A stretch of DNA of 32,000 bases from Halomicrobium mukohataei DSM 12286 (GCF_000023965.1 NC_013202.1:2820001-2852000); one strand, 5' to 3'. Shown: positions 15,755 to 23,946, counted from the stretch's first letter. Translations and numbers: made by a program. The notes: a model not told the origin generated them from the letters alone.

Positions 15755-15778
15755 CGACTGTCCATTCGATCCGTGGCA

Positions 15779-15812
15779 CCCTAAAAATGTAACTTTGATT
15801 ATATTTATTGGC
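15779..15812 (-). promoter_or_regulatory. AT-rich promoter region for the HMA-domain gene
   Basis: CCCTAAAAATGTAACTTTGATTATATTTATTGGC is a sharp AT-rich block. On the reverse strand, CATTTTTAGG ends about 25 nt upstream of ATG 15754. Confidence 0.3.
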
Positions 15813-15815
15813 TGT

Positions 15816-16784
15816 TCAGCCGAACCGTTCGAGGATCGTCCCGTCGCTTCCGACGGCCACGTCGGAGTAAGTGTCACGACCCAGCGCACAACCCTGTAAG
15901 GTCTTGGGAGTGTCCGTGGGCTCTTTGGTCCAGTTGTTCTCTTCGAGCGCGAAGATGTCGCCGCTGTTGCCCACGGCGAGGCCGCGACCGCCCATCCGAT
16001 CGACGGCGTGGAGTGTCTTCTCGCTCGCGTGTAACTGGAGCCAGTTGTAGCCGTTGTAGACGAAGATGGAACCGTCGTCCGCAGTCGCGTCGGCGTGGTT
16101 CCCGTCGATGGCGGCAATATCAGTCAATCCACCTTCCGCACCACGAATGCCGATCGGTGTCCAGCGACTGCCGCTGTTGCGGACGACCGTGCCACCGGTG
16201 TCGACGACGTAGACGGTCCCGTCAGCTACGTCTACCGCCGACGCACTCTCGCCACCGGTCGGCTTCGTGACCGTCTCGCGCCAGCGGACCCGTCCGTTCG
16301 ACCAGTGGCCGGTGAGCAGCTCGCCCGAACTGTTTATGAGATAGACGGTCTCGCCGTTGGCGCGACCGCTGACGGCTACGTCCGTCCAGCTACTGGTCTT
16401 TTGTCTCGGCGCACTGAGGTCGGTCACACTGCCGCCACGAACGTCGTACCGGCCGACCACGCCGCTGGAACCACAGAGCCAGAGATACCGACCGTCGTCG
16501 GTCGCGTCGACGGCAGCGAGTGGGTTTTCGCCGCCAGTCGGCCCGTCTGAGACGACCGCCTCCCACGCGTCGCCGTTCCGCGTCAGGACGAGTCCGCTCT
16601 CACCGACGGCGAAAGGACCGTCGACGCTCATCACAGCGTCCGTGAGCCCCATCCGCGTCGGTGTGTCGACGTCGATCCACCCGTGTGGTGTCTGTTGGGT
16701 CGTCTGACACCCAGCCAGTGTCGTGCCGGCAGCTCCGAGGCCGACCAGAAACTGTCGTCGGCCGACGTTGTGCTCGTCGATCAT
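15816..16784 (-). CDS. Tat-lipoprotein seven-bladed beta-propeller (Ycf48/BNR-like fold), paralogue of 8943-9848
   Basis: MIDEHNVGRRQFLVGLGAAGTTLAGCQ gives a Tat motif plus lipobox. Blade motifs are AVGESGLVL, CGSSGVVG, INSSGELL, VDTGGTVV, TADDGSIFV, AVGNSGDIF, AVGSDGTIL. The ATG overlaps the stop of the upstream DUF2182 gene (ATGA at 16781-16784). Confidence 0.75.
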   Translation of the reverse strand: MIDEHNVGRRQFLVGLGAAGTTLAGCQTTQQTPHGWIDVDTPTRMGLTDAVMSVDGPFAVGESGLVLTRNGDAWEAVVSDGPTGGENPLAAVDATDDGRYLWLCGSSGVVGRYDVRGGSVTDLSAPRQKTSSWTDVAVSGRANGETVYLINSSGELLTGHWSNGRVRWRETVTKPTGGESASAVDVADGTVYVVDTGGTVVRNSGSRWTPIGIRGAEGGLTDIAAIDGNHADATADDGSIFVYNGYNWLQLHASEKTLHAVDRMGGRGLAVGNSGDIFALEENNWTKEPTDTPKTLQGCALGRDTYSDVAVGSDGTILERFG

Positions 16785-17557
16785 GGGAAGGGGAGTCCGA
16801 TCGGCAACAACACGAGGACGCCAGCAACCGCCGAGAGCGTGCCGATCGCCGCGATCAGTTCCTCGTTCCACGGGGGCAACCGTTCGACCACGACGAATCC
16901 CGTCACCGTGACCATCCAGAACGGGTCCATCGTCCCGACCAGCACCAGGAGCAGGAAAAACGGCCAGGTCGTCGTGGCACAGTCGCGTCCGGCCACGAAT
17001 CCGTCACGAATCGCCTGTTGTGGCTCTTTTGAACCCATCTGGGCCGGAGCACAGCAGTTCCCGAGAGCGCGCCGCTTGGCGTCGGTAAACTGGTACCCAC
17101 CGATCAACAGCAGGGTACCCCCCACGACGAGGTTCGGAGCTCCAGTGACGACGGTGGCGATCCCGACCAGCGCCTCGAACAGCAGCGGAACAGTCCCGAT
17201 GACCGTCCACACCACGCTGTAGCTCAAGAGGAAGCCCGAGAGTGCAATCGTCGGCCGCTCGGTCAGTTGACGGTCGTAGTGCCTGATCGCCGGCACCATC
17301 GCGGGATACATCATCGCCGCCATCATCACGCCCCACGAGAGCAGGTACGTGGCGACACCGATCGCCCCGTCGGCCAGCGCACCCGCTTCGAGTGCGCCCG
17401 GGTCGGTCATGCCACGGGTCGAGGGCGGTGTCGGCATCGGCACCCACCCGGCGAACAGGGCGACCCACAGGGCGACTGCGGCCGCGAGCGCGCCGGTCGT
17501 GGCGTGGCGTTGATCGTCGTCGATACGTGACAGGAACTCGGTGATTGTTCTGGTCAT
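16781..17557 (-). CDS. DUF2182-like predicted metal-binding integral membrane protein
   Basis: A polytopic ORF with the Met-rich segment WGVMMAAMMYPAMVPAI, which I recall as characteristic of DUF2182. Confidence 0.7.
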   Translation of the reverse strand: MTRTITEFLSRIDDDQRHATTGALAAAVALWVALFAGWVPMPTPPSTRGMTDPGALEAGALADGAIGVATYLLSWGVMMAAMMYPAMVPAIRHYDRQLTERPTIALSGFLLSYSVVWTVIGTVPLLFEALVGIATVVTGAPNLVVGGTLLLIGGYQFTDAKRRALGNCCAPAQMGSKEPQQAIRDGFVAGRDCATTTWPFFLLLVLVGTMDPFWMVTVTGFVVVERLPPWNEELIAAIGTLSAVAGVLVLLPIGLPFP

Positions 17558-17668
17558 AGGTTGCAGTGTTGTCGAGGCGGGTGGTACGGAGCGAGGCCGA
17601 CATCTGTGGAGCGGTGAATCCTCGGCGGCGGCCGATCACACTGGCGGGGTGGTTCGGGAGCGTCTGGG

Positions 17669-18805
17669 TCAGTCACGGCTATGTCGAGCGTAGCTCGGTG
17701 TCTCTCGAACGGGTGTGAACGGACCTGGAGCGGCCGTCCGCTCGCCTATCGTTGCGATCCGGACGACGAACGAGAGCAACACCGTGAACGGGAAGACTAC
17801 GGCGGCGACCGCGAGACCGACGAGCAATTCGAGGACGAACGGGTGTGCCACCAGCGGTCGTCCGTTCGCGAAGACCAGAATCGTCAGGCCAGCGATCAGG
17901 AACGCCCCCAGCCCGGTGTAGCCGACGATCCGGGAGAGCCGCGAGAGCGCCTGCTTGATGTACAGCGCCTTGTAGTACTGTCTGAGCAGGTCGAGCGCAA
18001 TCGAGAGCTGTTTCAGCTCTTCGATCAGAGTCCGGGCCGGCGGCGAGAGGTCGTCACCGTGGTCTTCGAGGAGCTTCCGGGCCGTCTGGACGTTGTACGG
18101 GTAGTTGTCGCCCATCATCGGGACGAGCAGTTCCTCGATCGGCTGGCGCTGGCCGGTGACCCGAGACTGGATGTGAGCGACCTGCGAGCGGAGGACGGCG
18201 ACGAACGTCGCCCCGGTGTCGTGGGCTGGCCCCGTCGTCGCGTCGAGTTCGTCGGCCAGTCGTTCGACTCGTTCGTCGACCACCGCGACGAGGGCGGCCA
18301 GAAACGGTCCCGGATCGTTCGAGCTGACACCGGCGGCCGGGTCGACCGCTTCGATCTCGGCGCGGAACTGACGGACACTGTTCATCTGTTCTCGGATCTC
18401 GTCGAGCGATCCCACGACGCGGGCCACCGTCAACTGGTTCACGGAGACGACGATCGGCACGAACGAGAATAGCCCGGAGATGATCGCGGTGAACAGCCCG
18501 GTGACGAACCCGGCGTTGCTCATCCCTACGACATCGAGTCCGATCAAGGCGACGAGCGTCGCGTAGACGACACCGGTCAGCAACACCGCGATCGACCACC
18601 GGTTCCCGTCCAGCAGGAACCACCGCCGGACCGACCCCCAGCTGTGATCGTCTAGCAGGGACACGACCACGAGTACGCCCGTGACGACGACTAGGCGAGC
18701 GACGACGTAGAGGTAGTGTGCCCCCAGAGAAGTCGCCCGTACACTCAGCGTCCCGGCGACGGTAATCGCGCGGCGCACCCACTCACGCCGTGACTCGTCG
18801 CTCAT
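17669..18805 (-). CDS. Membrane protein of unknown function (378 aa): about 4 N-terminal TM, a central helical soluble domain, 2 C-terminal TM
   Basis: Clean ORF with an acidic soluble core. Its ATG overlaps the stop of the DUF389 gene (ATGA at 18802-18805). Confidence 0.65.
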   Translation of the reverse strand: MSDESRREWVRRAITVAGTLSVRATSLGAHYLYVVARLVVVTGVLVVVSLLDDHSWGSVRRWFLLDGNRWSIAVLLTGVVYATLVALIGLDVVGMSNAGFVTGLFTAIISGLFSFVPIVVSVNQLTVARVVGSLDEIREQMNSVRQFRAEIEAVDPAAGVSSNDPGPFLAALVAVVDERVERLADELDATTGPAHDTGATFVAVLRSQVAHIQSRVTGQRQPIEELLVPMMGDNYPYNVQTARKLLEDHGDDLSPPARTLIEELKQLSIALDLLRQYYKALYIKQALSRLSRIVGYTGLGAFLIAGLTILVFANGRPLVAHPFVLELLVGLAVAAVVFPFTVLLSFVVRIATIGERTAAPGPFTPVRETPSYARHSRD

Positions 18806-19869
18806 ATCACCGGCACCCCCTGAACGTTGCCCATCTCCACCTGCGCCAACACCAGTGCGAGCGCCACGACCGCGGCACAGAGTACTGCCAGTCGACGGAG
18901 CATCATACTCCGTGCACGGCGCATGTCGGCCATGCTCTCGGGGTGGTAGCCGAGGTACCAGAGGCTGATAATAGAAGCCAGGGTCATCGAGAGGATGTTG
19001 ACCAGCACGACGGCCACTTCGCCGACGATCGCTGCGGGGCGAGCCCAGGCCACGCCGACACCGATCACGCCGATCGGTGGCATCACGGCCGCAGCGATCA
19101 TCACGCCGACGAGGTCCATCGTCCCGCTCGTCGAGAGACTCAGCGCGCCCGCGAAACCGGCTCCCAGGGCCACGACGATCAAGAGGAAGTTGGGGGCCGT
19201 GTGGCTACTCACTTCCAGCAGCGTCCGGACCTCCGGGAAGTCGGAGACGATCGACGAGTACCGGACCAAGAAGGCAAAGCCAACGGCACTGATGAGCGCG
19301 ACGACGGCACCGGTCAGCTGGTACCTGACACTCTTCGTGTAGAGTCGGGGTGCATCGAGGACCGTCGCAACACTCGTCGCCATCACCGGGCCGATCAGCG
19401 GGGCGATGACCATCGCGCCGACGAGCACCGGCAGGGAGTTCAGCAACACACCGGCCGTCGCGACGATGGCGCTGATCGCAGTCATCAACAGGTAGATTAC
19501 CTGATCCGGGACCATGTTCGAGGCCTTCGAGACGAGTTCCCCCCGCGCGACTCCCTGATAGCCGAGCCCCTTGACCTCGTGGTACGGGTTCTCGCCCCGC
19601 CCGAGTCGGTCTGAGACCACTGCCTCGGGCTCGATCACGACGGTGTACAGCTCGTCGTCGATGTCGAGTTCCCTGAGCTTGGTCTGGATGTGTTCGACCG
19701 TCTGTGTCGGGAGTGGGAACTCGATGGCTGCGGTCTCCGTTCCGGCGTCGACCTCCTCGGTCAGCACGTAGTCGAGTTCGTTCTCTTCCAGTACCTCGGT
19801 GACGCGGTGGCGGGCGTTGTCCGTCAGGGTGAGAACCCGGACGACTCGCAAATCCTCTCGGGCCATCAC
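18802..19869 (-). CDS. DUF389 / TIGR00341-family membrane protein
   Basis: An N-terminal soluble domain (LRVVRVLTLTDNARH...) is followed by the hydrophobic region LLMTAISAIVATAGVLLNSLPVLVGAMVIAPLIGPVMA, which is typical of DUF389. Confidence 0.75.
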   Translation of the reverse strand: MMAREDLRVVRVLTLTDNARHRVTEVLEENELDYVLTEEVDAGTETAAIEFPLPTQTVEHIQTKLRELDIDDELYTVVIEPEAVVSDRLGRGENPYHEVKGLGYQGVARGELVSKASNMVPDQVIYLLMTAISAIVATAGVLLNSLPVLVGAMVIAPLIGPVMATSVATVLDAPRLYTKSVRYQLTGAVVALISAVGFAFLVRYSSIVSDFPEVRTLLEVSSHTAPNFLLIVVALGAGFAGALSLSTSGTMDLVGVMIAAAVMPPIGVIGVGVAWARPAAIVGEVAVVLVNILSMTLASIISLWYLGYHPESMADMRRARSMMLRRLAVLCAAVVALALVLAQVEMGNVQGVPVI

Positions 19870-20026
19870 TGGTCACCTGGCCGGGCGTCGCTCCACGCTC
19901 GTCGGTCTGTTCGTGTTTGTTGTCTCATGATAATCGGTAGCTGTGAGCTGGGACACTGCTGTGTGACCACTCGTACCGTCGACTGTGCCAGCCGTTCGCG
20001 CCGGTCGATACGGACGATTGACCGTG

Positions 20027-20587
20027 TCAGATCTGCAGGAACTGCTCTGGCGAAGGTGTTTCTTCGTCGAACGCAGCTGCATACAGCGACGCGAGCAACG
20101 ACCTGATCGCCTCGAGGCGATCACCGCCCAGTCCGTCGCAATTCGTCCCACAGCGCCCAAGAACCGGGCCGTCTCGAATCGCCACGAACGCGAGGCGACC
20201 GTGACAGTCCGGACATCGGATCGTCACGTGGTCGTACATCCACGCGACCTCGTGGTCGTACTCGCGGAGGCGATGTGCGAGTGCCAGCCAGACGTGGCGA
20301 TCTGCGGTCTGTCTCCCATCCGCGGCCCGTTTCAGGCGACGGAGCGCCAGTGCCCCACGCCGGTACAACACGTCGTCGTCCTCGTGGTGTCGTTGGTGAC
20401 ACCGCCTGAAGTGGGCGAGCAAACCCTCGTAGGAGGACTCGACTCGGCCGTTCGTCAGGAGACCGCCACGGTTGCCGGCCAACGAACCGTCCGTTACGGC
20501 CCGGTACCGGCGCCCGCGCTCGTCGTAGTGCTCTGAGTCAGTTAGCGGTGCTCCGGTGTCTGGACAAAATGCGTCGTTACCGATCAT
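20027..20587 (-). CDS. Hypothetical Cys/His-rich protein (186 aa)
   Basis: ATG-started ORF with a zinc-ribbon-like CPDCHGRL...GRCGTNCDG and a His-rich RRCHQRHHEDDD segment. I recognise no family. It is less acidic than its neighbours, hence the moderate confidence. Confidence 0.45.
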   Translation of the reverse strand: MIGNDAFCPDTGAPLTDSEHYDERGRRYRAVTDGSLAGNRGGLLTNGRVESSYEGLLAHFRRCHQRHHEDDDVLYRRGALALRRLKRAADGRQTADRHVWLALAHRLREYDHEVAWMYDHVTIRCPDCHGRLAFVAIRDGPVLGRCGTNCDGLGGDRLEAIRSLLASLYAAAFDEETPSPEQFLQI

Positions 20588-20874
20588 GGGTCGAGAGAAC
20601 TGAAGACGGGACTGTTCGAGTCAGAGTGTCATCCACGCGGACCGTGTCCCTCTGACCGAGTGCGACCACACGTTCGGCCGTGATCGATAAATAGTGGTAA
20701 CAATACCCAATTATCTATTGAGTGTCAGAGCGGGCAAGGGAGGCGTCCGGTCGGGCGGTCGGATCTGTTAGCTCACGCAGTAGGAGTCAGAGCGTCCGGG
20801 TGAGACCGTCCAGAAAGGAAATCACTATCAAGCGCGTTCGACTACCATCGCTCGTGAGCGGTTCCAGGGTGGAC

Positions 20875-21609
20875 ATGCACGTGAAAGTGCTCGACGAACG
20901 CGTCGTCGAGCGGGCGAAAGCGCGCGGACTGGACGTACTCGTCTACGCACCGCACTTCACACGACTCCCCGAGATCGAATCCCGAGCGGCGCAGTACTCC
21001 GACGACGAGCTGACGGTCGTCCCGGCAAGAGAGCTATTCACCGGCAACTGGCAACAGCGCCGCCACGTCCTCGCCGTCGGGCTCTCCGATCCGGTGCCCG
21101 ACTTTCTCACGCTAGAGGGGACGATGGAGGAACTGAAGCGTCAGGATGCCGCCGCGCTCGTTCCCCATCCCGGCTTTCTCAACGTCAGTCTCACGCGCGA
21201 GGAGATCAGGGCACACCGCGACCGGATCGACGCCGTCGAGGTGTACAACCCGAAACACTGGCCCCACCACAACCGCCGGGCGAAGGCCCTGGCGAGTGAC
21301 TTCGGTATCGAGCCGTTCACGTCGTCGTACGCCCACGTCAGGGGCACCGTCGGCGAGGCCTGGGTCGAATTCGACCGCGATATCGACGACGGCGCGGCGC
21401 TCGTCCGCGCGCTCAGAGCGGAGGCTCCCAGACGGGTGTTCCATCGAGACGGGCTCGCGCATCGGCTCCGCTGTGGCGTGGAGTTTTGCCACCTCGGCTA
21501 CGAGAACAGCTGGTCGAAAGTCGATCGCCTCCTGTTGCAGGGGACGGAGCCGACTCACCCGAACCACGTCGCCTACGGCGGTCGGTTCGACGACGTGAAG
21601 GTGTACTAA
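20875..21609 (+). CDS. PHP-domain (polymerase/histidinol phosphatase-like) metal-dependent phosphoesterase
   Basis: MHVKVLDERVVERAKARGLDVLVYAPHF...LVPHPGF...VEVYN...SSYAH follows the His/Asp ligand pattern of haloarchaeal PHP proteins. The start is uncertain: in-frame GTG codons at 20854 and 20869. The ORF-track start at 20722 gives an Arg/Ser-rich leader that looks unlikely. Confidence 0.7.
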   Translation: MHVKVLDERVVERAKARGLDVLVYAPHFTRLPEIESRAAQYSDDELTVVPARELFTGNWQQRRHVLAVGLSDPVPDFLTLEGTMEELKRQDAAALVPHPGFLNVSLTREEIRAHRDRIDAVEVYNPKHWPHHNRRAKALASDFGIEPFTSSYAHVRGTVGEAWVEFDRDIDDGAALVRALRAEAPRRVFHRDGLAHRLRCGVEFCHLGYENSWSKVDRLLLQGTEPTHPNHVAYGGRFDDVKVY

Positions 21610-22100
21610 GCGGCCGCCAGGCCGACGATCTGCATCGCCTCGGTCGGTACGTACTGCGGGAGGACGTGGACGAGGACGATCGCGACGACGACCTCGAAGG
21701 CGGTCACCACGACGGTGACGATCTCGGCGCGGTCGCTGGAGGTGGTGACGCCGGTGGGCGATCCGTACTCCTGGTCCGACAGCGGATAGAACAGCGCGAT
21801 CCCCCGCCGAGAGCCGAAGTAGTCCAGCGCGTAGTGGGTGACGACGCCGAGCCAGACCCACTGGAGGTTCGAGAAGTAGATCGGGTACGCGAGGAAGACC
21901 GCGAGCACCGGGAGGTTGTGCAGCGTCTTGCGGTGGCGGCCGAAGGCGGTGTCCACGTCGGGAAAGAGCGCGCCGAGGACGATCGGCACGGACACCTCGG
22001 CGATCGTCACGAACGTCTCTACGTCGCCGGAGGGTTCGAGGACGTAGCCCAGACCGATACTCAACAGGGCCGCGTTCAACACGTGCCCGCGTTTGTTCAT
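21606..22100 (-). CDS. DUF457 / YdjM-like membrane-bound metal-dependent hydrolase
   Basis: MNKRGHVLNAALLSIGLGYVL...FPDVDTAFGRHRKTLHNLP...THYALDYF gives the DUF457 His/Asp pattern in a small polytopic protein. It is convergent with the PHP gene and overlaps its end by 4 nt. Confidence 0.7.
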   Translation of the reverse strand: MNKRGHVLNAALLSIGLGYVLEPSGDVETFVTIAEVSVPIVLGALFPDVDTAFGRHRKTLHNLPVLAVFLAYPIYFSNLQWVWLGVVTHYALDYFGSRRGIALFYPLSDQEYGSPTGVTTSSDRAEIVTVVVTAFEVVVAIVLVHVLPQYVPTEAMQIVGLAAA

Positions 22101-22187
22101 GCAGTGGTGGCTAGCTGGCGACCGGTATAATGGTCGGCGATTTCCACCGGCGTCCCGCGTCGGTGCCGGTCGGCGTGGACGAGACCG

Positions 22188-22703
22188 TCAGGCTCGTCTC
22201 TGGACCGCGTCCCTGAGGTCCGAGAGGGCCTGTCTGGCGATCTCGCGTTTGACCGTCGTCCGATCGCCGTCGAACTCGTAGCGCTCGACCGCTGTCGACG
22301 AGTCCCCCGTCCCCCACGGTGCGGCGTAGGCGACGCCGACGTAGGCGGTGCCGACCGGGGTCTCCTCGGTCCCGCCCGATGGACCGGCGACGCCGGTGGT
22401 CGCGACGCCCCACGTCGTGTCGGCGGTGTCTCTGACGCCGCGAGCCATCTGGCGGGCGACCGGCTCGCTGACCGCGCCGGCCGCGTCGAGGACCTCGCGG
22501 TCGACCGCCAGCAGGTCCCGCTTGGCGTCGTAGGAGTACGTGACGACCGAGCGATCGAAGTAGTCACTCGACCCCGGCACGTCGGTCAGCAGCGAGCCGA
22601 TCAGGCCGCCGGTGCAGGACTCCGCGACGGCGACGGTCGCGTCGGTCTCGCGCAGTGTCTCGCCGACGCGGGCCTCGATCCCGCCGTCAGTGTCGTCTGG
22701 CAT
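22188..22703 (-). CDS. pncC: Nicotinamide-nucleotide amidohydrolase (CinA C-terminal domain family)
   Basis: VAVAESCTGGLIGSLLTDVPGSSDYF and GVAGPSGGTEETPVGT are hallmark CinA/PncC motifs. Confidence 0.85.
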   Translation of the reverse strand: MPDDTDGGIEARVGETLRETDATVAVAESCTGGLIGSLLTDVPGSSDYFDRSVVTYSYDAKRDLLAVDREVLDAAGAVSEPVARQMARGVRDTADTTWGVATTGVAGPSGGTEETPVGTAYVGVAYAAPWGTGDSSTAVERYEFDGDRTTVKREIARQALSDLRDAVQRRA

Positions 22704-22836
22704 ATCTGATCGTTGGGCGCACTCCGGTATAACGGTTCCAGCCAGATCGCACGGTCGGCAGACCGGTGGATAGTGGGTTTAAATATACGATGCGAACTAA
22801 TTGAAATATACTCTGCGATTGGTACGGACCGCAGTG

Positions 22837-23433
22837 CTACTCAACAGTGACTACAGCACCAGCCCAAATGCTACCAATTGGCTGCTGCGCGTCGTTTGGG
22901 AACCCAGCCTGAATCTGAACGTCTCCAAAGCCGTCGCCCTCAAACGTCGCGTCCAGCTCTACGTTGACGTCTTCGTCTTCAGGTTGCAAGAACTGCTTGA
23001 CAGCCTTAAATTTATACGCGTCATAGTCAACTGGCAGGCTTGATGAGTGGGTGTACTCGAAGTTCTTTTTAATATCGCTGGCAGTGAAGTCAGATGCTCT
23101 CAGTGTCGGCTGTTCTGCATTCTCCGCTTCTACTAAAACAACGAAACTATGCTTGGCAGCGAAAAGAGGGGTTGACACTTCCCAGCTGGCACTGATCGTG
23201 GTATCTTCACCATAATAAATAGTGTAGTCATCAGCTGAGAGGTCAACATTATTTGCCACCTGAGGACTCACCTGACCGCCTTGGGTAGAATCCTCTTTGC
23301 TACCAGTTTGATTGCGAGTCCCTTCTCTACGAGATCCCAAGGCAGACTGCGATACCGTTGACGCCAAACTGACACCAGCAATGGCAGTACCACTCTGTTT
23401 CAGGAACTCTCGTTTGGAAATGTTGGAGTTCAT
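22837..23433 (-). CDS. Secreted protein with a Tat-like (KR variant) signal peptide, 198 aa, unknown function
   Basis: MNSNISKREFLKQSGTAIAGVSLASTVSQSALG has an S-K-R-x-F-L-K motif plus an h-region. The mature part is Ser/Thr/Asp-rich and looks beta-rich. I prefer ATG 23433 over the GTG at 23445. Confidence 0.65.
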   Translation of the reverse strand: MNSNISKREFLKQSGTAIAGVSLASTVSQSALGSRREGTRNQTGSKEDSTQGGQVSPQVANNVDLSADDYTIYYGEDTTISASWEVSTPLFAAKHSFVVLVEAENAEQPTLRASDFTASDIKKNFEYTHSSSLPVDYDAYKFKAVKQFLQPEDEDVNVELDATFEGDGFGDVQIQAGFPNDAQQPIGSIWAGAVVTVE

Positions 23434-23629
23434 TTTTGAACACACTCACAAAATTATTTCTTATTATAATAGATCTAATTAAAAAAGAAGTAATTACCTA
23501 AGTCATAAAGTATAAATTACACTATTGTGTCTGTTGATGCTTGCTCTTTAATCACCATTAGTTTTGGAATATAACACCCTGATTATGATTTGCAGAAAGA
23601 ATTTATTGGTCGGACGCCTGGATTTTCAT

Positions 23630-23854
23630 ATGATATCGGCACCGAACTCAAAAGAAGGATGGATCACATTCGGACTACTTGTCTCGTTCATGTATTCAGC
23701 CATTATAACTCTCAATACGAATACAGGGATACTAGACTCGGCTGTATTGGGACTATTTTATGGAGGGATGATGGCTTTCTGTGTTGTAATACTGGTTTTT
23801 ATTTGGAGAGTGGGCCAATCATTTCTCATCGGCAGAGAAGAAGACTCTGTATAG
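23630..23854 (+). CDS. Small two-TM membrane protein (74 aa), low-GC paralogue of 4422-4640
   Basis: MISAPNSKEGWITFGLLVSFMYSAIITLNTNTGILDSAVLGLFYGGMMAFCVVILVFIWRVG... aligns without gaps to the 4422-4640 product from residue 1. Shared residues include MxSAP, GW, F, Y.AI, DS.VLG.FYG, MA, V, LV, WR. That alignment fixes the ATG at 23630 rather than the TTG at 23564. Confidence 0.65.
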   Translation: MISAPNSKEGWITFGLLVSFMYSAIITLNTNTGILDSAVLGLFYGGMMAFCVVILVFIWRVGQSFLIGREEDSV

Positions 23855-23946
23855 GATTTCCGCCACGGAGCTGATGTATATCTCACATAAACCAGCCAAC
23901 TACAAATTTTAATTGTGTAGAGTAGTTAGTCAGTCATAATTTCATT

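Larger units (their letters stand above)
22771..23946. other. Low-GC genomic islet (about 1.2 kb), probably horizontally acquired, with no recombinase gene
   Basis: Composition changes abruptly. By hand count, line 23461-23520 has 10 G+C in 60 nt and line 23701-23760 has 22/60, whereas flanking line 24301-24360 has 46/60. The islet holds two divergent genes separated by a very AT-rich 196-bp spacer. Confidence 0.8.

Noticed and set aside
22801-23043. 80-aa plus-strand ORF (TTG start) antisense to the secreted-protein gene, and the 94-aa alternative frame at 23590-23874.
   Set aside because: They overlap better-supported genes. The 23630-23854 frame is validated by its paralogue alignment, and the minus-strand frame by a Tat-type signal peptide. 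Stop codons are naturally rarer in these frames by chance.
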